From: a virus
Taxonomy: Duplodnaviria; Caudoviricetes
Virus record (IMG/VR): IMGVR_UViG_3300033076_000370
Coordinates: 1 to 39,269 of that record
DNA length: 39,269 bases
Strand: one strand, 5' to 3'
Each line of letters opens with the position of its first letter. Positions within the stretch are counted from its first letter, which is position 1. The notes under the pieces were generated by a model. The model was not told where the DNA came from. It searched no databases and saw only the letters and a program-made list of their open reading frames with translations. The position numbers and the translations under genes were made by a program. Below, piece after piece: positions 1-8,319 of the stretch.

Positions 1-1
1 T

Positions 2-289
2 TTGTTAAAGACAATTAAACAACACGAAGAATGGATGGCGAATAATGAACGTAATGTTTATGATATCATTCATCGTACACGTGAAGACCTAGATCGTAGA
101 TTGGATAATATGGAGCGTCATGCTAATGGGTACGTAACCGATCTGCAGCGTGAGATGGAAGCAAAGACAAATAGCCAAATCACAGATGCAGTTACACAAA
201 GCACTTCATACACTGATAAGCGTATTGACAAACTTATTGATACTTACTTTGACGTCGTAAATGCAAAAAAACAAGTAATTAAAGGATAA
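2..289 (+). CDS. Hypothetical helical/coiled-coil protein, probably 5'-truncated by the window edge
   Basis: Frame is open from the window start to TAA at 287-289; followed by a terminator. Confidence 0.7.
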   Translation: MLKTIKQHEEWMANNERNVYDIIHRTREDLDRRLDNMERHANGYVTDLQREMEAKTNSQITDAVTQSTSYTDKRIDKLIDTYFDVVNAKKQVIKG

Positions 290-389
290 CATTAACCGTT
301 AAAGAACACTTACTCAATCTTGTGCAACTACTCCTATGCACGTTAAAAATAGAGTTCGGCTATGCAGAGAGCCAGAAATTCAAAGTAAG

Positions 390-419
390 AAAGCCGAAAG
401 AAATTTCGGCTTTTCTTTT
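390..419 (+). terminator. Rho-independent terminator
   Basis: Stem AAAGCCGAAA (390-399) / TTTCGGCTTT (404-413), GAAA tetraloop, followed by a T-rich tract. Confidence 0.85.
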
Positions 420-426
420 GAAATTA

Positions 427-458
427 TTTGTTTTTTTCAAAAGGTTATATTACATTAA
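427..458 (+). promoter_or_regulatory. Early (host-sigma-type) promoter TTTG-N20-TACATTAA
   Basis: TTTG 427-430, TACATTAA 451-458; 434-458 is identical to 895-919; ATG at 473. Confidence 0.7.
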
Positions 459-472
459 TGATATAATAAAAA

Positions 473-880
473 ATGAATATGAAAAGAATGTCACTTTCCC
501 CAAAAATGGTTTATTTGAGAGCTCGTTTGAAGTTCAAAAAAATGATTCAAAAGAAGACTGAATTAGAAGAAAACCAAAAAATTGCGTCTAATATTATCAT
601 TCGCGCAATTAGTCGTCCCAATGCCAAATTATTAATCGCGCCTATCTCTGGCACCAAGTATATACACGTAGACGATATCTTTATAAAGATGGACTATGAC
701 GGTGTATCCATTATAAATGGCCGATATTCCTATGACTTATCTTTACCAAATGCTGAAATGGCTCTTTTAATCAGAAGGTTTAATATTCGTTTGGAAAAAA
801 CTCGTGAAGATTGGGATGCTATCATTAACAGCAAAACCAATCATAGTTTAGCTACCATTTTCGAAGATATGAAAATGTAA
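473..880 (+). CDS. Hypothetical protein (135 aa)
   Basis: ATG after promoter and A-rich leader; no recognisable motif. Confidence 0.8.
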   Translation: MNMKRMSLSPKMVYLRARLKFKKMIQKKTELEENQKIASNIIIRAISRPNAKLLIAPISGTKYIHVDDIFIKMDYDGVSIINGRYSYDLSLPNAEMALLIRRFNIRLEKTREDWDAIINSKTNHSLATIFEDMKM

Positions 881-887
881 AAATAAA

Positions 888-919
888 TTTGGTATTTTCA
901 AAAGGTTATATTACATTAA
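888..919 (+). promoter_or_regulatory. Early (host-sigma-type) promoter TTTG-N20-TACATTAA
   Basis: TTTG 888-891, TACATTAA 912-919; ATG at 938. Confidence 0.7.
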
Positions 920-937
920 AGAATAAATAAAAAATAT

Positions 938-1186
938 ATGAGTGAATCATTTAAAAATGCAGTTAAGCCTTCAAGCTCAAATGCTGTAAAGTTTGGGCCC
1001 TATGGTATTATCCTTGCTAAAGAGCAATTGATGTATTACATGGACGGAGAGTTAGTTCGAGTCAAAGATGTTAGCAATGAGTTTAACAGTTCAGACTTGT
1101 ACAAAATGGCTTTGAAATTATCAGAGTCTAAAAATGCCGGTCCTGTTTATTTTACAACTCCTAGCAAAATTCGTAAACATGGCTAA
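938..1186 (+). CDS. Hypothetical protein (82 aa)
   Basis: ATG after promoter and A-rich leader. Confidence 0.8.
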   Translation: MSESFKNAVKPSSSNAVKFGPYGIILAKEQLMYYMDGELVRVKDVSNEFNSSDLYKMALKLSESKNAGPVYFTTPSKIRKHG

Positions 1187-1388
1187 ACGATCTCCTTACC
1201 GAATCGTTCCTGGTGAGAACGAAAAGTATGGCAAAGTTTGGTTTATTAAAGAAGGCGATGCAGTATTGCACACTTTTATAACCAAGCAACATGCCGAGAA
1301 AACAAAAGCTCATTTAGATAAAATACTTCAAGAAAATTATCTAATAGAGAAAACAAACAATCAAGAGTTGGACCTTAAAAATCTTTAA
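1179..1388 (+). CDS. Hypothetical protein (start moved to MAKRSPY)
   Basis: ATG at 1179 overlaps the end of the previous gene by 8 nt, more plausible than the track start at 1134. Confidence 0.7.
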   Translation: MAKRSPYRIVPGENEKYGKVWFIKEGDAVLHTFITKQHAEKTKAHLDKILQENYLIEKTNNQELDLKNL

Positions 1389-1389
1389 C

Positions 1390-1887
1390 ATGAAAAAAGT
1401 AATCAGTATTATATCATTATCAGTGCTATCAATCGTAGCAGTAGTAGCGTTGTCAAACACAAAAACTGTAGAAGAAAGAGTATTAACTGACGCTGAAAGA
1501 TTGTATAATGCTGTGCACAGATACTCTGTTAAATATAACATTCCAATTCACGTAGCGTTTAACGTTGCTAATATTGAAACTGGTTATCGTGGCCCTTGTC
1601 ATTCTAAATATAATCCTAGACAAACGTCTCATTGCGGTGCTTTAGGGCCAATGCAAATCATGCCACAATGGGCATCGCATTATGCTGGATTTGAAGTGAC
1701 TAAAAAAGAGTTGCGAGATTCTATAGAATTAAATGTAGAAATTTCCATGAAGATATTAGCAGATAATTTTAAACGAACTAAAAGTTGGAAACGTGCGGCT
1801 GGTAAGTATAACACAGGTAAACCAGTAATTAATTCATACGCAAAAAAAGCTGTGCATAAAAATTATATGAAAGATTGGATAGAATGA
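1390..1887 (+). CDS. Lytic transglycosylase (SLT family) with N-terminal signal/TM segment
   Basis: Catalytic Glu motif IETG, GALGPMQIMP, AAGKYNTG; N-terminus MKK followed by a hydrophobic stretch. Confidence 0.85.
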   Translation: MKKVISIISLSVLSIVAVVALSNTKTVEERVLTDAERLYNAVHRYSVKYNIPIHVAFNVANIETGYRGPCHSKYNPRQTSHCGALGPMQIMPQWASHYAGFEVTKKELRDSIELNVEISMKILADNFKRTKSWKRAAGKYNTGKPVINSYAKKAVHKNYMKDWIE

Positions 1888-2222
1888 AATTAGTATTAGC
1901 AATATTGTGTGGAATAATAGCACAGGTATGGGTATTTTTTCAGCTACAAGGCCCGCTGAAGTTTCAATGGTTGCGAGATCATACGTGGTTTGTAATGTTA
2001 TGGGGAATACCTATATCGTATTTATTTACAATATCTGTTAGATACTTTGTTGAATATTTTGACGGTGCTATATGGCCTAGTAGATTAATAGGCTTCGGCG
2101 TTGGCACTACAGTATTTATAATAATGGCGTACTTAGTATTTGACGAACCGTTTACAACGAAAACTGGTATCTGTTTATTTTTATCCTCACTTATTATAGC
2201 AATTCAATTATTTTGGAAATAA
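1884..2222 (+). CDS. Small 4-TM membrane protein (SMR/DMT-like topology; holin candidate)
   Basis: Four hydrophobic segments in ~112 aa; ATGA overlap with the SLT gene stop. Confidence 0.65.
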   Translation: MKLVLAILCGIIAQVWVFFQLQGPLKFQWLRDHTWFVMLWGIPISYLFTISVRYFVEYFDGAIWPSRLIGFGVGTTVFIIMAYLVFDEPFTTKTGICLFLSSLIIAIQLFWK

Positions 2223-2223
2223 C

Positions 2224-2538
2224 ATGACACGAGAGCAAGAAAAATTAGTAGAAAAGTACAAAAAGAAAGTACACAAACAATTTCCAGGAGCTAAATTATA
2301 CACCCTCCCTAAAGGCTATTATACAATAGCAGTAGAAAACTTAGATTTAACTATTACAGATGTGTTAGCAGAATATTTACTGACACCTGTTAAAGATCCT
2401 GTGAAAGCGTGGGAGCTTGCACAATTATCTTCTAAAACAACACAAAACCTTAACCGTACTCATCCACTTCGAGTTGAAGGACAAAAATTGCAAGATAAGT
2501 TAAATCGAATTGCATTGAGACGGCAAAGAGGCGAATAA
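2224..2538 (+). CDS. Hypothetical protein (104 aa)
   Basis: Contiguous ORF in the operon. Confidence 0.75.
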   Translation: MTREQEKLVEKYKKKVHKQFPGAKLYTLPKGYYTIAVENLDLTITDVLAEYLLTPVKDPVKAWELAQLSSKTTQNLNRTHPLRVEGQKLQDKLNRIALRRQRGE

Positions 2539-2550
2539 TCGCCGTTTTTT
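2530..2550 (+). terminator. Probable intrinsic terminator
   Basis: GGCGA-ATAA-TCGCC hairpin followed by GTTTTTT. Confidence 0.55.
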
Positions 2551-2561
2551 AAATGGTTTTG

Positions 2562-2569
2562 ATATTTAT
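2562..2569 (+). promoter_or_regulatory. Putative late promoter ATATTTAT
   Basis: Recurrent intergenic motif; starts 26 nt before ATG 2588. Confidence 0.6.
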
Positions 2570-2587
2570 TATAAATTAAAACAAGTT

Positions 2588-3277
2588 ATGGAAGACACTT
2601 TAGAAATTAAAGATCCTAATCAATTAGATCTTTTTCTCGATCAACCAGTTGACGAAATTCAAACACCTACCGGAGATTTTGAATATGACATTTTCAATTC
2701 TCCTGAAATTTTAGGTTGGAACTCGACTGAAGAGCAAGAAACACTTTTCTTTGCATTACAATTATTTTATCATCCAGCTCAGTCTGTATTAGATGTAGGC
2801 GCCGGTCGTGGTGACTTGTACGGATATATGAAAAAACTATATCAGGATGCAGATAATCCAGAAAGAAATTGGAATCCTTCATTATATTCTGGAATAGACT
2901 TCAATCCAAATATAGTTGAGATTGGAAAAGAAAAATTTCCAGGTATTGAATTAGCTGCAGGAGACTTATTTGAATTAGACGAATCAGTTCGATACGATTG
3001 GTGTATGGCTAATGGAACATTTAATCTTAGAATTGGAGATTATGATATGTTAGAATACACTAAAAAGGCTATTGACAAAATGGTTAATATTGCAGAGCAT
3101 GGAGTCGCATTCAATTTGCTTACGTCATATGACGATAGTATGAGTCAAGAAGTTATCGATGCTATATACAAATTTGATGCAGGCGATATGCTAAATTATT
3201 TAACAGAAAAGTACGGGAAAGTCATCTGCCGTACAGATTATTTCCCAGGTGACGCAACATTTTTTATCTTTAAATAA
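2588..3277 (+). CDS. Class I SAM-dependent methyltransferase
   Basis: Motif I VLDVGAGRGD, YSGIDFN, YDWCMANGTF. Confidence 0.85.
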   Translation: MEDTLEIKDPNQLDLFLDQPVDEIQTPTGDFEYDIFNSPEILGWNSTEEQETLFFALQLFYHPAQSVLDVGAGRGDLYGYMKKLYQDADNPERNWNPSLYSGIDFNPNIVEIGKEKFPGIELAAGDLFELDESVRYDWCMANGTFNLRIGDYDMLEYTKKAIDKMVNIAEHGVAFNLLTSYDDSMSQEVIDAIYKFDAGDMLNYLTEKYGKVICRTDYFPGDATFFIFK

Positions 3278-3292
3278 CCAAAACAAACAATT

Positions 3293-3586
3293 ATGATTAT
3301 TGCATTTACAGTAGCGTTAGCAATCGCAGGAACAATTGCTATTATTCAAACCATTGAATTGAAAAACGAGCGCCAGGCATTGGCTGAAAAGGATGGAATT
3401 ATTTCCGCATTACAAACTCACGTAGCTAACTTAGAAACTGAAGTTGCTAAATTGCAAAGCAGTTTGAAAGCACACCAAACTCCTGTCACTCCTAAAGTTG
3501 AAACTACAGTTGCTGAAGCGACTATGGCCCCTGCCAAACCAAAGAAGCGTTACTACAAAGCTAAAAAGAAGCCAGCTACAGTATAA
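3293..3586 (+). CDS. Membrane-anchored coiled-coil protein with basic C-terminal tail
   Basis: N-terminal TM, heptad region, C-terminal KPKKRYYKAKKK. Confidence 0.7.
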   Translation: MIIAFTVALAIAGTIAIIQTIELKNERQALAEKDGIISALQTHVANLETEVAKLQSSLKAHQTPVTPKVETTVAEATMAPAKPKKRYYKAKKKPATV

Positions 3587-3945
3587 TGACATTGCTAGAC
3601 TTTATTAAAAAGGCAAAAGGCAACGAGGCGGTAATACTTGATTCGTTTACGCTACTAGATTACCCATCACTTAATGAGTCTAGCACTGTCGCAGCAATTC
3701 TTATAGATGGACAGCTGTCACAATATTTTAGTGCTGAATCGTATGAAGATAAAAAACCGTCTATCGTTAACAGGTTAGACGGTTTGTATTCTTCTATATT
3801 AAGTTCAAAACTTGACTCTGAAACTAAAAGATGGTTTACAATTTACGTTAAAGTTGTCAAATACTACATTAATAAAGATTACAGCTTAACATCGGATATA
3901 GTTCAACAATTAAACAAAATCGATTCATTATGTCGACAATTATAG
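3586..3945 (+). CDS. Hypothetical protein (119 aa)
   Basis: TAATG-coupled ORF. Confidence 0.7.
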   Translation: MTLLDFIKKAKGNEAVILDSFTLLDYPSLNESSTVAAILIDGQLSQYFSAESYEDKKPSIVNRLDGLYSSILSSKLDSETKRWFTIYVKVVKYYINKDYSLTSDIVQQLNKIDSLCRQL

Positions 3946-4148
3946 ACACATTATCTTCTATACTTACTCCAGAAGAAATGTCTGATTTGCGTTTTATGAA
4001 CAACTCTAAAAAGAGTGAAACTAAACAATTAGCACTACGTGCGTTTTTCTTACAATCGCATATTTTTGAAAAGGTATCTGCTGCAGGATACGAGCCAACA
4101 AGACTCGCTTTCGAGATATTTATTAATGGCAAAGAATATGAATTCTAA
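3930..4148 (+). CDS. Hypothetical protein (72 aa)
   Basis: Overlap-coupled ORF. Confidence 0.7.
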   Translation: MSTIIDTLSSILTPEEMSDLRFMNNSKKSETKQLALRAFFLQSHIFEKVSAAGYEPTRLAFEIFINGKEYEF

Positions 4149-4561
4149 TGGATTTCGAACAATACAATATCGACGCTGATGATTATGAATTCTTTTCATC
4201 TCTACCTGATGATGAAAAGATTCTTTTCATATACGATTTGATCTGTGATTCATATTACGGTATAGGATCTACTCAATCGTTCAGCGCTGATATTGAATCG
4301 TTCGACGATTACGTTCATTCATTAATATCTGACAATATAGATCATTCGGCGCCGGCTAATATTATATTCATTAACAGTTTTGTAATAATAAATTCCAATT
4401 CTAAAAAACATATGAACCATGCAATTCAAGCATTGGTTACAGATGGGTTAATGCTACGCACTTATAAAATTAGCGAAAAAACAAAACAAGTACTCAAGCA
4501 TCAAAAATTCTTTAGAGTGTTTGAAATTACCGATAGAAATAATAAGATACATTTAAATTAA
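4148..4561 (+). CDS. Hypothetical protein with acidic N-terminus (137 aa)
   Basis: TAATG-coupled ORF. Confidence 0.7.
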   Translation: MDFEQYNIDADDYEFFSSLPDDEKILFIYDLICDSYYGIGSTQSFSADIESFDDYVHSLISDNIDHSAPANIIFINSFVIINSNSKKHMNHAIQALVTDGLMLRTYKISEKTKQVLKHQKFFRVFEITDRNNKIHLN

Positions 4562-4776
4562 TGTTTAGTACAGTCAAGACATATATACCTTGGGAAGGTA
4601 AGTTAGTTGAAGTAAAGAGGGTGTACGCAGAAGAACGAGTTAAAGATATCGAGCTTGTTAAAGAATGGTTAGACGCTGATACTATCTTACGTAAGGAAGG
4701 GCGCCTTTATTTCTGTACTACCATTCAAGATGTTGAAATTCTTTCAGAAGAAGTAAGCGAAGAAATTCTTTCATAA
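4561..4776 (+). CDS. Hypothetical protein (71 aa)
   Basis: TAATG-coupled ORF. Confidence 0.75.
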   Translation: MFSTVKTYIPWEGKLVEVKRVYAEERVKDIELVKEWLDADTILRKEGRLYFCTTIQDVEILSEEVSEEILS

Positions 4777-4783
4777 ATATTTT

Positions 4784-4820
4784 TTTATTACATAAGATTA
4801 TCTTATTATTATGTAATAAA
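4784..4820. repeat. Nested inverted repeat upstream of uvsE
   Basis: TTTATTACATAA (4784-4795) / TTATGTAATAAA (4809-4820); inner ATAAGAT-T-ATCTTAT (4792-4806). Confidence 0.6.
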
Positions 4821-4828
4821 TAAAAAAT

Positions 4829-5749
4829 ATGAATAGAATAGGCTACGCTTGTATTAACATGACTTTAGGCTCCAAAGGAGTGACTACCGGTCGTGCTATG
4901 CGAAAAGCAACGTTAGAAGCTAAAGGTGTACAACACGCTTCGCAATTGGCATTGCAAAATGCATTAGATTTAGAAACAATCTTAAAATGGAACGTTGCTA
5001 ATGGAATCAATTTCTTCCGTTTAGGCAGCGACTTATTTCCATGGGGTAACAAAATGGACGTTACCAAGTTGCCTGACTTTATTGAAATTGCAACTGTATT
5101 GCAACGATGTGGTAGATTTGCATTTGATAATGACATTCGCATTACCACTCATCCAGGTCCTTTTAATTTATTAGCATCTCCTAAAGAATCTGTAGTGCAA
5201 AATACTATTTTAGATTTAGAAATGCATGGCCTTTTATTCGACTTAATGAATTTAAGTCAAACTCCATTTAATAAAATTAACATTCACGTAGGTGCTACGT
5301 ATGGAGATAAAATATCTGCAGCTGCTACCTGGAATAAAAATTTCAAGAGCCTTTCAACATCAGTTAGAAATCGATTAACTATTGAAAATGACGACAAAGC
5401 TGCTATGTATTCTGTAGACGATTTGCATAGATTAATTCATAGTGAGTCAGGCGTGCCTATAGTATTTGACTATCATCACCATACATTTAATACAGGCGAC
5501 TTAACTGAAGAAGAAGCATTGCGATTGGCTATTAGTACATGGGGTGATATTACTCCGGTAGCTCATTATTCCGAGTCTAAATCTGTACATGAAAACAATC
5601 CTAAACTCAATCCTAGAGCTCACTCTGACTACGTTTCCAATTTCATTAACACTTACGGTTTGAATGTAGATATCATGATTGAAGCAAAGGCAAAAGAGCT
5701 GGCTTTATTGGAGTATCGTAAAAATTATCAAGAACTTTTGGTAATTTGA
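4829..5749 (+). CDS. uvsE: UV-damage endonuclease (UvsE/UvdE)
   Basis: RIGYACIN, FFRLGSDLFP, HPGPF, INIHVG, LTIENDD, VFDYHHH, RAHSDY, DIMIEAKAKE. Confidence 0.95.
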   Translation: MNRIGYACINMTLGSKGVTTGRAMRKATLEAKGVQHASQLALQNALDLETILKWNVANGINFFRLGSDLFPWGNKMDVTKLPDFIEIATVLQRCGRFAFDNDIRITTHPGPFNLLASPKESVVQNTILDLEMHGLLFDLMNLSQTPFNKINIHVGATYGDKISAAATWNKNFKSLSTSVRNRLTIENDDKAAMYSVDDLHRLIHSESGVPIVFDYHHHTFNTGDLTEEEALRLAISTWGDITPVAHYSESKSVHENNPKLNPRAHSDYVSNFINTYGLNVDIMIEAKAKELALLEYRKNYQELLVI

Positions 5750-5768
5750 TAATTATATTATATATTAT
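5737..5768 (+). promoter_or_regulatory. Early-type promoter TTTG-N20-TATATTAT
   Basis: TTTG 5737-5740, TATATTAT 5761-5768; same 20-nt spacer as the other copies. Confidence 0.55.
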
Positions 5769-5786
5769 ATATTATTATATTATATA
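5754..5786. repeat. Tandem TATATTA heptamers (4 copies)
   Basis: Copies start at 5754, 5761, 5768 and 5776. Confidence 0.7.
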
Positions 5787-5820
5787 AGTATAAGTAAATA
5801 GAAATAATAAATAAATTGTT

Positions 5821-6000
5821 ATGCGTTATAAAGAACACACATTGCGAAAGTTAGAAGCTCAGTCTAACAAATTAGAGTCTCTTCAAAAAGCTATTGAAGG
5901 TAATAATGTATCAGCAAAAGATGCTGTACGTATGATTTCTGAAATTAGAAAAGAAGTTAATTTAGTTGTTGAACGAATTGAGTTAGAACCTAATGAATAA
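5821..6000 (+). CDS. Small helical protein (59 aa) absent from the ORF track
   Basis: MRYKEHTLRKLEAQSNKLESLQKAIEGNNVSAKDAVRMISEIRKEVNLVVERIELEPNE*; A-rich leader; fills the gap and overlaps the next ATG by 8 nt. Confidence 0.8.
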   Translation: MRYKEHTLRKLEAQSNKLESLQKAIEGNNVSAKDAVRMISEIRKEVNLVVERIELEPNE

Positions 6001-7063
6001 GACTCTTTTAAAAGTTTTAGTAGGAATTATTGCTGCGTTGCTCGCTGGGTGCGCAGCTTTTTTTTCTATTGTTGGATTGGCTAAATTGTTTGCTGGCGCT
6101 GTTGTTGCGGTAATTATCATGGCAGGTACTTTAGAAGCTTCTAAAATTGTATTAGCTTCTTATTTGTATAAGTACTGGGATACGCTAAAATTTAGTTTGA
6201 AAACGTATCTATTAATAGCTATCATTATTATTGCTACTATTACTTCAGTAGGTATTTATGGATTTTTATCTTCAGCTTATCAAGACACCAAATCAAAATA
6301 CGATTTATCTAAAACTCAAACTGATAGTTTAACAATTAAAAAAGAGTATTTTGAATCTACGGTTACAGTTTTACAAGCTCAATTACAACAGAAAAATACT
6401 CAGTTAACTAATTTAACTAACATAAGAAATTCTCAAGAGCAAAGAGCAAATAATTTAGTATCAGCTAACAGAAATTCAAATTCAGCCGATCGCTCTGCTA
6501 AACGTACAGAAGAAGACTTGAAACAAATTGATAAAGAAATTTCAGAAATCAATACTAAGGTTTTATTATATTCAGACTCAGCAGCAAAAATGAATAGTGA
6601 AATAACTAAAGTGTCGTTAAATGCAGATATAGCATCTGAGTTAGGATCATTACAATACATTTCAAAAGTATTCGATGTGCCTATGGATAACATAGTTAAT
6701 ATACTAATCATTTTGTTTATTATTGTATTTGATCCATTAGCCATTTGTATGGTATTAGCGTATAATTTTATGAATGAAGAATCAAAAGAGATTGTAAATA
6801 GCAATGATCAGGGCAGTAGTATAGAATACATCATGGAACAACCTGAAAATCTGCAAGAACAACCTTCGGAACACCCCCAAAAACCGTCTGAAACTGAAAA
6901 CGAGTCCCAAAATATAGCTTCGGAAGAGTTGACGGTACAAATGGAAAAAGAATTAGTTGAAGAGCAAGATGAAATTGCCAAAAAAATGGCAGAAAAGCAT
7001 GCACGTAATCAAGCATCGTATGGAGGTGCTGTTAATGTTAGCGATACAGTCAAAACATATTAA
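5993..7063 (+). CDS. Multi-pass membrane protein with a long coiled coil
   Basis: Three N-terminal TMs, ~130-aa heptad region, a further TM (IIVFDPLAI), acidic tail. Confidence 0.8.
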   Translation: MNKTLLKVLVGIIAALLAGCAAFFSIVGLAKLFAGAVVAVIIMAGTLEASKIVLASYLYKYWDTLKFSLKTYLLIAIIIIATITSVGIYGFLSSAYQDTKSKYDLSKTQTDSLTIKKEYFESTVTVLQAQLQQKNTQLTNLTNIRNSQEQRANNLVSANRNSNSADRSAKRTEEDLKQIDKEISEINTKVLLYSDSAAKMNSEITKVSLNADIASELGSLQYISKVFDVPMDNIVNILIILFIIVFDPLAICMVLAYNFMNEESKEIVNSNDQGSSIEYIMEQPENLQEQPSEHPQKPSETENESQNIASEELTVQMEKELVEEQDEIAKKMAEKHARNQASYGGAVNVSDTVKTY

Positions 7064-7077
7064 TTAATAAGTAAGTT

Positions 7078-7614
7078 ATGAAACAAAGAAAGCAACGGGT
7101 TAAACCTGTTAGTAAAGTCGTTACAAAATTTGATACAAAAGTTATTGATGGTAAACTGCATATGGTTTGTCGCAATAGCGAACCAGATTCAAAATATTGG
7201 AATGGAAAAGAATGTTATAAATACACTCCAGTAAGTGAACAAGCAACTTCAGTATTATGTTTTAGTTGCACTAACGCTTTAACTGGGCCTCCTGTAGCTC
7301 GTATTGAACCAGTTAAATCTGATAAACCTAAAGGATGGAAATTTATGAAATTGTATGTGCACACAGATGGCACTGTATTTCATAAAGGTGTAGAGCAACC
7401 TGAATTAAAAGGCACATTGCCCGTAACCGTAATTCAGCCTAAAGAAGAAAAGAAGAAACTAACTAAAGAAGAAAAAGAAGAAATGCGAAGAGCATTAGGC
7501 CAAGAAATCTTTGCACTTAAAAATCAAGGATTGAAAGAAGGTAGAAAAGGAGTTAGAAACGATATTGTAAAACAAATCAAAAAGCTAAATAGACAGTTAA
7601 CTAAGTTGATGTAA
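7078..7614 (+). CDS. Hypothetical basic protein, possibly Zn-binding
   Basis: Cys pattern VCRN...EC...CFSC; Lys-rich C-terminal helix. Confidence 0.75.
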   Translation: MKQRKQRVKPVSKVVTKFDTKVIDGKLHMVCRNSEPDSKYWNGKECYKYTPVSEQATSVLCFSCTNALTGPPVARIEPVKSDKPKGWKFMKLYVHTDGTVFHKGVEQPELKGTLPVTVIQPKEEKKKLTKEEKEEMRRALGQEIFALKNQGLKEGRKGVRNDIVKQIKKLNRQLTKLM

Positions 7615-7615
7615 A

Positions 7616-7647
7616 TTTGGCACTTAAATAAATAATCTATATATTAC
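7616..7647 (+). promoter_or_regulatory. Early-type promoter TTTG-N20-TATATTAC
   Basis: TTTG 7616-7619, TATATTAC 7640-7647; ATG at 7662. Confidence 0.65.
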
Positions 7648-7661
7648 GTAAAATTAAATTT

Positions 7662-8318
7662 ATGAAAATGAATACTAAACAAACATTTTATAAGTCTTTG
7701 TATGAAGATGATGATGTTAAACCGAAAAAGATCCAGTCTTTAGAAGATGATAAAGAAAAAGATAAAGATGCTGAGGCACTTTATAAAGAAATTGATTATG
7801 GTATTCATATTAATGAATCTATCATTTATTTACATGGAGACATTCAAATTGGTAATTTGTTTGACTTCATTGCAAAGGTAAGAATTATCCTTGCTAACCG
7901 TCCAGAAGAAAACGCAAATGATGCGATTACGGTATTAATCAATTCCAATGGAGGCGATGTGTATGAAGCGTTAGGAATTATTGATTACATTCAAACTTTA
8001 TCTGTGCCAGTTAATGTAATTGCAAGGGGAAGAGCTATGAGTGCCGCTGCAATGATTTTATGTTGCGCAACTGGATTACGAGCTGCTTCAAGTTCAACCA
8101 CTATTATGGTACACGAAGCTTCTGCAGAGATTTATGGTAAGTCAGCCGATATTAAGGCTAATGCCGATCATATTGATGAGCTAGAAGAGTCGTTTTATAA
8201 ATTAATGGCTGAGAAAACAAAACAGAATGAAGAGTTTTGGAGAAAGGCGTGCAGAAAAGATTTTTATATGTCAGCTACAAAAGCAGTTGAATTAGGAATT
8301 ATTGATCAAGTTATTTAA
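7662..8318 (+). CDS. clpP: ClpP-like serine protease
   Basis: INSNGGDV, AMSAAA (Ser), IMVHE (His), RKDFYMSA (Asp), AVELGIIDQV. Confidence 0.9.
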   Translation: MKMNTKQTFYKSLYEDDDVKPKKIQSLEDDKEKDKDAEALYKEIDYGIHINESIIYLHGDIQIGNLFDFIAKVRIILANRPEENANDAITVLINSNGGDVYEALGIIDYIQTLSVPVNVIARGRAMSAAAMILCCATGLRAASSSTTIMVHEASAEIYGKSADIKANADHIDELEESFYKLMAEKTKQNEEFWRKACRKDFYMSATKAVELGIIDQVI

Positions 8319-8319
8319 T

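Noticed and set aside
322-561. 79-aa ORF on the + strand
   Set aside because: GTG start; runs through a terminator and a promoter and overlaps the better gene at 473.
434-919. 25-bp perfect direct repeat as a CRISPR array or att site
   Set aside because: Only two copies, separated by a whole gene; both match the promoter consensus; no cas or integrase gene.
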